From: Cyanidioschyzon merolae | Lineage: Eukaryota | DNA length: 64,000 bases | Direction: 5' to 3' (one strand) | Assembly: GCA_000091205.1 (NCBI GenBank) | Contig: AP006484.2 | In this document: piece by piece, positions 52,203 to 63,198 of the stretch | Layout of the letters: each line of letters opens with the position of its first letter | How positions within the stretch are numbered: the stretch's first letter is position 1 | Translations under genes and position numbers: made by a program | Notes under the pieces: model-generated | Told to the model about the DNA's origin: nothing | What the model saw: the letters and a program-made list of their open reading frames with translations, nothing else | The model's database searches: none

Positions 52203-52745
52203 TCACGATGAAGGCACGTCATTCAACGCTCGCAGAGCTCTGTTCAGCTCCTCCAACGGCCGTTCGCTTCTTCGTTTCAGCTCCTCTAGCCGAGTCCTCA
52301 GTGTGGTCACTTCATCGTCCAGCTGCCGTGAACGAAACTCCTCCTCGGCGAGCAGCTCACGCATCTCTTGAAGCGCGTGCTCCTTTTCGCGCAGCCGCAG
52401 CACCCGGAAAACGCGCAAAGGCGACAGCTTCGATGGTGCCAGGTGTCGGCGACCATCGACAAGCGGCGGTTGTTGCTCACATAAATAATCCAAATATTTG
52501 AGCTTCTCCCTCACACCAAACGCATCCAGCAGCAACGTTGCCTCACTTACGGCCGAGGGCGCCACGAGTTGCACAAACTGCTCGCGAAGCGCTTCCAAGC
52601 GCTCCGCTGTCAACGACCCTCCGTCCACGACACGCTGAAGTTCATGAAACGATTCCAGAAACGCACCCTCAGTCTCCGCAAACAGGTGCTCAACTGCGAG
52701 CTGGACAGCTTGTTGATAACACGCTAGACGAGCCTCGGTGCTCAT
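52203..52745 (-). CDS. Small coiled-coil protein (180 aa), function unknown
   Basis: The ORF is heptad-rich (..LAEEEFRSRQLDDEVTTLRTRLEELKRRSERPLEELNRALRAL..). ATG at 52743-52745. Confidence 0.4.
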   Translation of the reverse strand: MSTEARLACYQQAVQLAVEHLFAETEGAFLESFHELQRVVDGGSLTAERLEALREQFVQLVAPSAVSEATLLLDAFGVREKLKYLDYLCEQQPPLVDGRRHLAPSKLSPLRVFRVLRLREKEHALQEMRELLAEEEFRSRQLDDEVTTLRTRLEELKRRSERPLEELNRALRALNDVPSS

Positions 52746-53206
52746 ACGCGTTCTGGATCAGCTGCCAAGAATGGCATGCAGCAGCAAGCGTGCGTTGCCC
52801 GCCAACAGACGCACGCCACTGTCTCGAGTGCGATCGATGGACGCCGCCGGATCGCGCGCCCGAATTCGAATCGCACACGCAGGGGGCGTATGCGTCAACG
52901 CTCATCACGCATGATCGAGTGCGCGCTCGATGAACGGCGCGTGATCCGTGAGCGAGAACGCACGCAGTGATCGCTGCGCTCGATCATTGTTGTTTGATTC
53001 GATCGTTGTTGTTTGGCTCGTCGACGCACGCGATCGCCGCGGGCGCCGCATCAGCGTGCAGCTCGACTGGGTGATTTCGGCGGCAACGTGTCCCGCCGGC
53101 GGATCTGTTCTTGCTAGAAAGCGATGATGTGCGGTTAAGGCGACGCGACTTCCATAGAGTCGAATGCTACGATTATTGCGCGTATACTGTCGTTTAAGTG
53201 CATCGC

Positions 53207-56023
53207 ATGCGGTCTAGGGTCAATGACAGAACGGGTGGGATCGAAGGTGAGGTTCTTGTAAGGGATCACCAGCACGGGCACGACCTCGTTGGTGACGGCA
53301 GTAACCTGCAGGCGGCGGACAGCACGCTGTTGTGGACGGCGTTTTCTGACGCCGCGGAGCACCGCAGCGCGGCTTCGAAGACGGCGACGGCGCCGGCGAG
53401 TGTGTCGCAGGGCTTGTTCGCTTCCGGGCAGTTGCACTGTGGCAACGGAGGCGTCGTGGACAATGTCCGAGCTGGAGTTACTGCCGCGAAGCCGTTGAGT
53501 GCTTTGGAAAAGCTAGCTACTTCAGAAGTGAACGCTGGAGTTGCGCTGCGACGTGTGCTCCAGCGAGTTGCTACTGAGCTCTTTCCGAAGCACTGGAACC
53601 AGGCTGTTGCGCGATATGCTGCAGAGCTTAATCAAGTAAGCGCTGAGCACACCAGATCATTGACAGATCTTTGGGCTTTTCTTCTCTACAACGGCATACG
53701 CGCTCTCGAGCAGAGCGTACTCCTAGTCAGTGGAGCCCAAGGGCAGCAAGTATTTATCGATCTTTCAGTCCGTAATACATGTATTACGGGAGATATCATT
53801 TGGTTCTTTATTGCGGAGTGCCTCTACCTTGTAGGCAAGTATGCAGAGAGTCTCGTTCGCCTTGTGTCGGAGGTGGATATCTCTGGTCAACCGATTGGCA
53901 ATGAGGAGGCTTCGCGGCTTGTCCTGGCTTTGAGAAGCTGGCCGTGCAATGGGCATCGAACTGTTCGGTTTGTTGCCTGTAGTTTGACTGGGTTCTGGCT
54001 CTCGGATGAGACGAGCATGCAGTGCCTGCAGATGCTCAAAGCAGAGCACAAATTCGGGATTCGTGAGCTGGTTCTGAACCACTGCCCCGTCGCGCATCCA
54101 AGTGCAACGAACACCGCCGGCCTCCTCGATGGCGTTCAAATTCTTCATCTGGCATCGACTAGAATTCGCAGCATGTGGAGTCTCGCAGAGATCGTGCGTA
54201 CGCTCAGCACAACCGTGAGACACTTGTGGATCGATCAGCCACCGCTTATCGTACCGCGCTGGCACGTCATACCGTCACTCAAGGCTTGGAAGCGAACAAG
54301 ATCCGGTGTGCACGCATCTTCTGACTCTTCAGAGGCACAAGAGCCTCTGGAAACGCATACCCGCGCACATAAGCTCGCCGTTTGGACACCGCGTCTTCGC
54401 TCGTACTCTCGGGCAGTCTCTGGTGCGACATCGCCGGCCGCTGCAGGCGCGACGTCGTCGCCTGCAGGCGCCCAGACGATGGAAGGTGCAGTTGACGACG
54501 AGCTGCAGACGAGGCGACTGCGGGCAGCTCCGATCGCCCGGCAAATGGCGGCGTCTCCTAACCCGGTAGTCCATGGAGTATATCCAGAAACCACGGGTAA
54601 TCTGATGCTGTGGTCGGATCGCAGTGCACAAGCAGAAGTAGCGGAATCCAAGCTCGAGATTTTTCTTACGGTTCAGGTGCCAACGCTTGAATCCCTCAAT
54701 GGTACTCCGTTGAACAAGGAAACGCGGAGCAAATACGCTGAATACTTTGATACGGGTCTATCAGGCTTCGGGCATGAGCGTCAGAGCCATATTGTTTCCC
54801 GCGTCGAAGCACGAGAGAACGGAAGTGATCACGCGAAAGGCCCGAGACGCGGATTTGGTATGGGGATCCTTGAGCGGATCGCTCCTCTCCGTCTCCGCTA
54901 CGATAGACCGCGAGCGCGTCTCGTATTGCCGCCGTCATATCGACCGCGGCAGTTTGAGTACCACCCATCGGTACCGGGTCGCGTTGCAGTGGGCACACTC
55001 CAAGGGACCGTACTATTCATGAATACGAGCGCCTCCGGGGAGCCGCTGACGGAGATTTCTCTCACTGGATCCATCCCACAAGCTCGAGCGCTTTTTCCGA
55101 CGTCGAGTGATGTTTATCATTGGCGGGACGCAACTACCCACCGCGGCACTGTGCTGGGGCTTTGTTGGCTACGGCAGCATCCGGAGACGCTTCTTGCCGG
55201 TGCCGATAACGGAGCTGTGGGGCTGATTCGCTTTGCGGAGGATGAAGGCTCCTTGGCACACACACTGAGCAGATTCCCGGAGTTTGTGGGACTCACTTCA
55301 CTGCACGCAAACGCTTCCGATGAAATGTTCATCACCAGCGGCTACTCGATCGACGTTGCTTTGTACGATATTCGCAAGCAGCAGCAGATTCGACTGTTTC
55401 ATGCTTGCCATCGCAAGCATATTAACGTCGTGAAGTTTAGTCATCACGCGCCGACGATATTCGCTACCTGCTCATTTGACAAGGGCGTTGCGCTCTGGGA
55501 TACTCGCGAACAATCGCCTATCTATCGACGGCAGATGCGTCGTGGTAACGTGATGATTTGTTTCTCTCCCGACGACTCCCGGCTGCTCGTTTCCGGTGAA
55601 GATAACCAAGTTGTCCAGCTGGAAACCTATTCCGGACGGACGATGAATGTGCTGTCGATCGATACACGTGGCTGTACGGCGAATTACACTCGCTCCTATT
55701 ATATGCGCTGTTTTGAAACGGATTTTATCATTACGGGCTCTTGCGAGGAGAGCATCGTCCGAATTTTTCAGGCGGAAACGGGTAAGCAGCTTTGTGATGT
55801 GGAAATGGATTGCATCCGGGAGCAGCTCGCTGAGCCTTTGGCCACGTTTCCCGAGGAGTTAACACGCTCTCGAGCGTTGCCGGGTGCAACTTTGCCCGTG
55901 CACCATTCGTATGTGCAAAGTCTGCGCCCGGATCCGTTTCGGCCCTTTGCGTTCTCGACGCTACTCGCTTACTACCAGGTCAATGTGTGTAGCGACATCA
56001 TGGAAGTCAACCTTCTTGGGTGA
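53207..56023 (+). CDS. Large WD40-repeat protein with an N-terminal leucine-rich region
   Basis: A 941-aa ORF; the first ATG is at 53207. C-terminal WD repeats read ..HINVVKFSHHAPTIFATCSFDKGVALWDTR.., ..MICFSPDDSRLLVSGEDNQVVQLE... Middle LRR-like segments read ..LVLNHCPV..LDGVQILHLASTRI... The start is uncertain. Confidence 0.6.
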   Translation: MRSRVNDRTGGIEGEVLVRDHQHGHDLVGDGSNLQAADSTLLWTAFSDAAEHRSAASKTATAPASVSQGLFASGQLHCGNGGVVDNVRAGVTAAKPLSALEKLATSEVNAGVALRRVLQRVATELFPKHWNQAVARYAAELNQVSAEHTRSLTDLWAFLLYNGIRALEQSVLLVSGAQGQQVFIDLSVRNTCITGDIIWFFIAECLYLVGKYAESLVRLVSEVDISGQPIGNEEASRLVLALRSWPCNGHRTVRFVACSLTGFWLSDETSMQCLQMLKAEHKFGIRELVLNHCPVAHPSATNTAGLLDGVQILHLASTRIRSMWSLAEIVRTLSTTVRHLWIDQPPLIVPRWHVIPSLKAWKRTRSGVHASSDSSEAQEPLETHTRAHKLAVWTPRLRSYSRAVSGATSPAAAGATSSPAGAQTMEGAVDDELQTRRLRAAPIARQMAASPNPVVHGVYPETTGNLMLWSDRSAQAEVAESKLEIFLTVQVPTLESLNGTPLNKETRSKYAEYFDTGLSGFGHERQSHIVSRVEARENGSDHAKGPRRGFGMGILERIAPLRLRYDRPRARLVLPPSYRPRQFEYHPSVPGRVAVGTLQGTVLFMNTSASGEPLTEISLTGSIPQARALFPTSSDVYHWRDATTHRGTVLGLCWLRQHPETLLAGADNGAVGLIRFAEDEGSLAHTLSRFPEFVGLTSLHANASDEMFITSGYSIDVALYDIRKQQQIRLFHACHRKHINVVKFSHHAPTIFATCSFDKGVALWDTREQSPIYRRQMRRGNVMICFSPDDSRLLVSGEDNQVVQLETYSGRTMNVLSIDTRGCTANYTRSYYMRCFETDFIITGSCEESIVRIFQAETGKQLCDVEMDCIREQLAEPLATFPEELTRSRALPGATLPVHHSYVQSLRPDPFRPFAFSTLLAYYQVNVCSDIMEVNLLG

Positions 56024-56464
56024 ACGTGTCGCGTCTACGTTGCCAGTTTCATCGACGACGAGAAAGGCGACGACAAGCAGCATTGACCTCAATGCTGTGT
56101 CGCGTTGCGATTTCTGTGCAGCGTCGATGCCGATCAGGGCCTGAAGGACCATGCCACTTATTTGAATGCATTTCAAGTGATTCGCAAGACACGCAGGCGG
56201 GTGTAGTACGCGTGGCGATTCCATGGCAAAAGCATCACCTAGCGCTTGTGTTGGTGCACCACGCTCCAGCCCAGACGCAACGACGCGCTGTGCACGGTCG
56301 GAAACCGCACGACAGGCGGATCCGGATCCATCTGGACCAGAAGACCATGCAATGAGGTCTGAGGATTTTCGCAGCATCCACCATGATCGCGTTGCCCCAT
56401 CAGACGCGATCCTGAATATGCTCGTGCTACTGGTGGGCATCCCCTCATCCTACGGGCCGGTCGT

Positions 56465-57088
56465 TCAGTCGGCCAGGGCTCGTTCGATCAGGGCCCTAGT
56501 TAAGTCCTTATTCAGTCCCATGACTGAGTCCACAGTACCGACGATATGGTGTACGAACTTTGTCAGTAGCGGATGTTCCACCATGAGACCTCCGGAACAC
56601 GCAAAAACGGCGCCCTCAGCGATGAGGCGCTCAACCACTGACTCTGGTATTGGATGGAAGTAAACCTCGGCCCGGTCGATCGCTTCATACCGCTTTCCGG
56701 TTGAGAGGTTGCTTACAACGATAGACCCAACCGTTATCGCTGGAGCGTTCGCGTAGGACGCGATGAATTGACGAGCTTCAGCCGGGTCCTGGGGCTTTTC
56801 TAGTATGCGACCCTGGTGGACCACCACCTGGTCACCGGTAAGGAGCAGCAGAGGCTCCGCTGTAGTCCGACTGCTCCCCTTTTCATTCTTGAGCATCTTC
56901 ACAAGCGCATCGGCTTTGGCGTTGCCAAGGAGTCGAACGAGTTGTTCTGCCTCGGGGTGACGGATCGCTTCTTCGTCGATCCCCGGCTTGAGGATGCTGA
57001 ACTCGTAGCCTAGCTCCTTCAGCAGCTGTTGTCTTGAACGAGAGGAAGAGCCGAGAATCAGTCTAAAAGGCCGTGGGTGCTGGTTCAT
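56465..57088 (-). CDS. Maf-like nucleoside-triphosphate pyrophosphatase (Maf/Ham1 superfamily; ASMTL N-domain-like)
   Basis: RLILGSSSRSRQQLLKELGYEF matches the Maf N-terminal motif (LILAS(Q/S)SPRR..LL). ..LLLTGDQVVVHQGRILEKPQDPAEARQFI.. matches GADT(V)V...GKP.D..EA. ..VMGLNKDLTRALI follows. ATG at 57086-57088. Confidence 0.85.
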   Translation of the reverse strand: MNQHPRPFRLILGSSSRSRQQLLKELGYEFSILKPGIDEEAIRHPEAEQLVRLLGNAKADALVKMLKNEKGSSRTTAEPLLLLTGDQVVVHQGRILEKPQDPAEARQFIASYANAPAITVGSIVVSNLSTGKRYEAIDRAEVYFHPIPESVVERLIAEGAVFACSGGLMVEHPLLTKFVHHIVGTVDSVMGLNKDLTRALIERALAD

Positions 57089-58245
57089 ATCGCTGTCTAG
57101 TCTCGTAGTAGCTGGTCGGCGGTAACACGCCTAACTATGAAACGATGTCGGCTGATATACGGCCAGGAGAAGCCGAACAACGTTTGCGGCACTTGGGCGC
57201 CTGCCGGGAGCGGTGAACCAGCTGGCCGCTTCTGGAGAAGCATCGAACGTTTAAACAGAATGAATCACTTTGCGCATTCGATAAAAAGTACTCCCGATAT
57301 CGCCAGTATTTCACTGTTCGGCGATTTTGCTGTTGGTCGCTTCGAGCCGGGCTCAGTGAGCGAATTTCAGAGGAATATTGCTCTAAGGCTGGCAAGTGCG
57401 TGTATCCGCGAAAGACAAGAGCTACGTTCCGCTAGATACCGATTCCATTCTTCCATTCAGCGATATCGGAAGTAGACGCATCGATCCTGAACGATACGGT
57501 AGACAGGCACGGCTCTTCCGCCTTGGATCGACTCCCGCGAGCTGATTTAAAGTTGCAATCAGCATCTGGTAGCCCTCGTGGAGTCGAGATGCGGTTTTTG
57601 GTACACTACTGAAGCTTGTTACCTCTTTCCGGCGTATTAAGAGCGTTCAAGCGCTGCGTGAGAGGCCAAAGCTTCCCTCTAATGAGCTGATGCGTACCTT
57701 GGACACATCATCGAAGACGTACTTGGCAGAAAGCGCGGCAATATGGATGCTAAATCGCTGTACGTGTATTCGAATCCATAAAAGCGCATCATAAAGGAAT
57801 AACGTATGTTCCTGATGCGTTAAAGCACAGGCAATACATCCTGCGCGAGAAACTCTCGTGCCATCCTTTACGGGGTCAAGATAATATTTCCGCTCATTCC
57901 GCTGGCATAGCGGGGAACTGGTACGCAAAGCTTCCATTGGCAGACAGGTGCTCTTGCTGCGAATTGTACAGCGAATATGTGGAACTCGATGCCCCTGATA
58001 TTCCCGAAGAGAATAAGCCAAATGGAATGCCAGTTTTGTAGTCAGCCGGGTGCAGCTTATACCGGCCATTGCGGAACCGGAAGCGTGGCAACGTGGCCAA
58101 CGCATATGCTGAAACGTTCCTGGAATATTGGATCCATCAAAAGTGGCATCTGCGATACCGCGAAAAGGTATGCTCACTGGAATGGGTTTTGAAATACCTA
58201 GAACGGCACGCATCGTTTGCCTTCTCTGATTCCCGTCGCCGGTAT

Positions 58246-60462
58246 TCGACAAAAAGATTTCACCCCGTACATTCGAGAAAGGTCACGTAAGCACTACATG
58301 ATGTCAGTGCTTGCATGTGAAACACGAACTTACTTTCACATGCAAGTCATTCTACGAACGGCGGGTACAGGAACCACCCTTCTCGTAGTCCACATACTAC
58401 GTGGTGTGCATCCAAAATAGAACTTATCAAACTCGCTATCGACGACTGTTTCCTCGTCAATCCTTTCCGTGCGATACGTTCTTCACGAAACGCTACCAAA
58501 GAAGCAACAGTGCGGCAACTTTACGCAACGCTGATACGAACGGTGGAGAACAGACACGGATGGAAAAAGTAAGATGTATGCCTCTATGGGAGAGCGGTGC
58601 GCGTTGCTCACCGAACTATCAGAGTCGCACCCAAATACGAAAGCTTATTGCCGCAGCAACGAATGTTCGTCTCACTCGACGAGACTTCAGACGTAGTAGA
58701 TCTGCATGAGGGCACTCGAAGAGGGCCCCATTGTCGCCCGTGCAGAATAGACGAGCGAGCATTCCGGCAACGTCAGCCCTGGCGATGATTCCACTGCTTG
58801 GTCGCCTACGAATCGAGAAAAGCACAGGGTCGTTCGGCAACGCTTCTCGTCACCTAAGCAGTTCGTGGCTCCCCGTTACCGCCATCTTCCATCCTGCTCT
58901 TATACAGCGTTGCTTTTCGTCATCCAAAGGCGGTCCAGGAGCACGTACCCGAGACTGGCATTGAGCGACTATTTGTGCCTGCCGATTCTCCGAGATTCGA
59001 TCCTATGAAAGGCATCTTCTCTGCTGAGAAACGCCAATATACGCTCCCGGATCGATAGTCGAGTCGTTCGCATCTGTGGAACCGTCCGTCGACGAGTCCT
59101 TCCGTGCTGGTACTATCCCTGAACTGGGCTACTGACCCTCTGCTCGTGCCAGGAAGTGAGCGGAAGGGCTCGCTTCGGTCGCGCCGCCCGCCCAGTACCA
59201 GTGAGTCCCGAGGGAGAACATTCGGATGTAGCGTATAGGAGAAAAACCCACGGAGAGACGAGATCAACCTGCAACCATGGTCAAGGCACTCCTACGAAAA
59301 CACATCACCTGGTAGAATCTCGCCCAAAGTGAGACGCTGGACGTTGTTTAGCGAAAAATGCCTCCTACTCTGGGAAGATTCGTCTTCCTTCTCTCGCCTT
59401 AACATACATCCTCAAGCGACTGTTGGTAGGATTGTAGGAGACAGGACGGGCAGCTGTCCAGAGTCTGCCGGTACGTATTCAGTCCAACCCTGGTGCGACA
59501 ACTGATGCTCTCGATGGAAGACGGAATACATACCCGGCTTTTCTATGGCTGTATCTCATCGAGAGTCGGGCATGTTCGACGCTACGAGGCGCACCAGCAA
59601 GCGGAATGTCGGCGTCACGACCTGTCTTGACACACTGGGCTTCGCATCGAGCAGGGAATGATGCTCCAGACGCCTCTCATAGAGTATACATGATCGTCCG
59701 GATGGGTCATACGGGCGCACTTTGGCTAAAGCACATGCATCCGTGTTGAGGTCGCCAACGTTTCCGGTTATTCGGAGGGGAAAAACGTGCACTCGCAACT
59801 CTCTCGTTGCATTCGATGAGAAATTGGCAGACGTGTTGCGTCTGTTCTTTGGTTGTAGCCTACGGCGCTGGATATGCTGTTGGGCGCGAGGGTCGCACTC
59901 GTGCCGCATGTGGAGCACACAAAGAGTGCAGCAACCCATGCTGCACGATGCCCGTCTTTGCGTACAGGACGGCATACATATATTGCGAGCACAGGTGCGC
60001 ACTGAAACCTGCACGGGAGAAGAGCGTGAATCGACGCTGGATGCACGGGATGTCGCACAAAAAGCTGACCGAAGGTCAGGTTACGAGAACATTGACCGTG
60101 GGCGGCTTGGCTTGGTGTGATTCGACCAGGAACAACGCGCACAAGCACTTGCTGCAGCATGACTTGAAGGTTTCGATCAGCAGTCGGGACTATCCCACGC
60201 TTCCAAAGCGACCAGCGGCTTTATCTTCGGAGGAATTTGGAGGGAGTCCTTTCGCAGCTAGTGTGGGCATTGTGCTGGAACGCTGAAGGCTTGCGATGAA
60301 GAAAAGCAGTATCGGCCAGGAGAGAGGGTCGGGTTTCCATCCGAAGCAACGCACAAGGATGATGTCGTCAGCGACCCAGATATGCTAGAGCGCCGAATGC
60401 GTACACCGAGAATGATTTACCATGGCAATCGGTGAAAGACAAATATGGTCCATTATTCGAAA
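58246..60462. repeat. Dispersed repeat family C, copy 2
   Basis: About 99% identical to 28156-30372. Here the subterminal hairpin is perfect: TGCATGTGAAA-n11-TTTCACATGCA at 58322-58354. Confidence 0.85.
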
Positions 60463-61758
60463 TTCCCATATATCTAGTTTTCAGCGATCACCTCAACAGA
60501 AAGGACTGCATTCCCGGAAACATAGACATTCGTGCGTTCGCTCGTCCACAACAGATAATACCGCTCGTTTCGAGAATCAGTTCAACGGATGCCTGAATGT
60601 CACCCACCCGCGTTGCGAAATTATTGAACCGTGCTTTTTTCCATGAAATAACCTTTCGAGCCGGACTTACTCAAGCTCCTGCAGGCATGCGTAGAAGGTT
60701 GTTTTTCGGAAGGCCAGATTGATCGAGTAGTAGCCTCCGATCAAGCTCCAGCGTTTTCTACAAACATGGCAGATAGCTTTTACTGGTCGGCGGCTGCTGA
60801 ATAAAGCTCGTTTCGCATAGGCGCGGGCGTATCGCTGGGAACCAGGCGTGCGGCCTCCGTTCCTTTTGAAGAGGCCCTACGAAGGCTCGCAGCCAGCGTA
60901 GCAGAGATCCGAGTGCGGACCTTCCTTCACACTACATGTGTTCATGATGCAGCAATGAAAAAGTGTTGTGGTACTGTTGTCGGTGTGCTTTGGCGGGTTC
61001 TCGCACTAGGGTCCATTACTAGACCGGATGTCAGACAAAGGCGTCTCCGCGAGGCGACTTGCAGTCGAGTCGTCTTGCGATGGACGCGGAGTTTACAATC
61101 GGGAGCGTATGGCGTCTATGCCGGAGTTGGTGCATGATCAATGACGTACCAAGACTGATAAAAGTATGGACAACCAAAGACGATGTGCGACTCCGGACTG
61201 ATGCAGCGGAGGTGTCACGATCTATCGGGATACAAACACGGACACAAAAACAGAAGGTCCATGGCGTGCTTCGAGAGGCGCTCTTCAGTGCCGCAACCTA
61301 CGCGATGCAGATACCGCCCGACTGCTGCTCGGCTCGTTGCTCGTTGCAATGGAGCTCGAGAGAGGGTCCTGGTCTCCTCAGATTATCTTTCGCTCAAAAT
61401 CCATTATATTCAAGATACCTGTCTCTAGGGGAAGCCGGATGCATTCCCGCAAACGAAAGCTGACCTGCTCCGATGCATTCCGCACGGCATCATCGCTGAG
61501 ACAGCAGGTGCAGATAATCAGTCGTAGGATGCTCACACTGAGCTTGAACAACGAACCTCGATGGAGAGCGATGTACGTGTTCAAAGAACGCCCCCAAACG
61601 CCGGGGTAGTCCACCTGTCTAGCTATTCATCTCCGGGACACGACTCGCGAATCATCCAAACCGTGGTTTGTGATTCGTCTACTAGCGAACACAGTCCGAG
61701 TTACGAGAAGGGGCGTCCCGGTTCCGAGGCGCCACTCGAGGGCTCCCGCGCAGCCATC

Positions 61759-63198
61759 TCAAGAGCTATACATTAGAGAAGACTGCTTCCAAGCGGCCGT
61801 TCCTATTCGTTCTCGATACGCTCGAGCAGAGGCGCCTTCTAAGAAGCCGTTACAAGCACGTCCCTGTGCGGCGAGAAGTCGACACTCCAAAAAGCTTGCA
61901 AAAACACTCGCTGCTGCGATGCCAGCCGCATCTGCAACCGTTGAAACGGCCAGTGCCCATTCCCGTGCCTGCGGATGGGTCCCATGTCGAATACTCCAGA
62001 AGGTATTGGCGTAGGATGCACCACCGAGTAGACCCTCAAGAAAGACGATGCATCCAATGGCTCGACTCGAGAAGAAGCCCTTCGTGAAAAACCGCGATCC
62101 AGAAGCAGCTGCCGAGAGGAGCGTGAGATTCATGCCTTGTACAACAGGAAAAATCCACAACCGGCTGATTCGCACAACCGCTATACTGCTACGCGAGACG
62201 AAAACTGCCACCTGGTAGATAACTTGAAAACGCCGGTAGAGTCCATGGTCACCACTTGCTGGTGCATTATCCAAAGATCCGACTTCACGGAAATAGGGGC
62301 TCCCGTCAAAAGTCGGTAACACCCCTTGATTGATGCTGTACTCCGCAAAATAAACCAGGGCGAGGGGTAGGAGAAAACTGCGCCATAGCTGCAAAAGAAG
62401 GGCTCGGTGAGGCTCACCCGACACCCCCGCTTCGGTGGTTGCATACTGCACTTCTCCACGCGAGTATGACCCCATCTCTGCGTCTGAGACAGCTTTCATT
62501 GGCCTCCAGGTTCCAGACGTTCGCGATACCTGCCACGAATACTGGGGTGACGGCAAACATTGATATGCAGCTGCGATCATGAGCGGCGCGAATGCTAGCG
62601 CCAGCAGCGATGTCTTGGGACGCCAGCCTAATCCGCTTACAAGGAGTGCGTAACTCGCTGCGCCTGCAACTCCAGCAAAACCGGTTCCGGAGCTCCATCC
62701 TGTTAGAGTCTCGGAGCCGTACACAGCCGACAGCGCGAGAAACGTCGCCTCTCCGAGCGCACCTGCAATACTAATAAAGGAGATGGACACAAGCAGCAAT
62801 ACCCGCGCCAAGACGCTTATTCGTTCGGCGCACACAGCCGCTAATAAGAAGGCAAGCGTTCCCGTCACAGATACGAATGCAACGAGTCCGCCATAAGCAC
62901 TACCTCGAAACCAAAAACCAAGTGATACCTTGACGAGCAAGCCCGGAACCACGTCGGCGAATAGCACTGCACCAGCGTGCTTTTCTAACAAGTCTTCCGC
63001 TGCACTCAGAAACACGACATATGCAAAGTTATTTATAAGACCAAAGATGAAGAAAACAAGAGCAGTGCGCCAGTTCGGAGGTGTCAACGACTCCTCTGCG
63101 AGAGGGTTTCGTGAGGGCACCGCTGCTGCGTTGACCCGGTTGTCGAAGCCGTGGCTCGTGCTGGAGACGCTTTCGCCCGGAGCCTGGTTCTCGGTCAT
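61759..63198 (-). CDS. CLN3: CLN3 / battenin homologue (lysosomal/vacuolar membrane protein)
   Basis: NWRTALVFFIFGLINNFAYVVFLSAAEDLL matches the CLN3 N-terminal signature ([28 protein letters not shown]). ..GLGEATFLALSAVYGS.. matches SGLGEVTFLSLTAFY. ..LVYFAEYSINQGV.. matches VVYFAEYFINQGL. ..VFLEGLLGGASYANTF.. matches ILYEGLLGGAAYVNTF. ATG at 63196-63198. Confidence 0.85.
   Translation of the reverse strand: MTENQAPGESVSSTSHGFDNRVNAAAVPSRNPLAEESLTPPNWRTALVFFIFGLINNFAYVVFLSAAEDLLEKHAGAVLFADVVPGLLVKVSLGFWFRGSAYGGLVAFVSVTGTLAFLLAAVCAERISVLARVLLLVSISFISIAGALGEATFLALSAVYGSETLTGWSSGTGFAGVAGAASYALLVSGLGWRPKTSLLALAFAPLMIAAAYQCLPSPQYSWQVSRTSGTWRPMKAVSDAEMGSYSRGEVQYATTEAGVSGEPHRALLLQLWRSFLLPLALVYFAEYSINQGVLPTFDGSPYFREVGSLDNAPASGDHGLYRRFQVIYQVAVFVSRSSIAVVRISRLWIFPVVQGMNLTLLSAAASGSRFFTKGFFSSRAIGCIVFLEGLLGGASYANTFWSIRHGTHPQAREWALAVSTVADAAGIAAASVFASFLECRLLAAQGRACNGFLEGASARAYRERIGTAAWKQSSLMYSS

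Noticed and set aside
57647-58252. 201-aa minus-strand ORF abutting repeat C copy 2
   Set aside because: Its start lies exactly at the repeat boundary on a non-ATG codon and it has no recognisable domain. It is most likely a chance ORF, though a gene truncated by the repeat insertion cannot be excluded.
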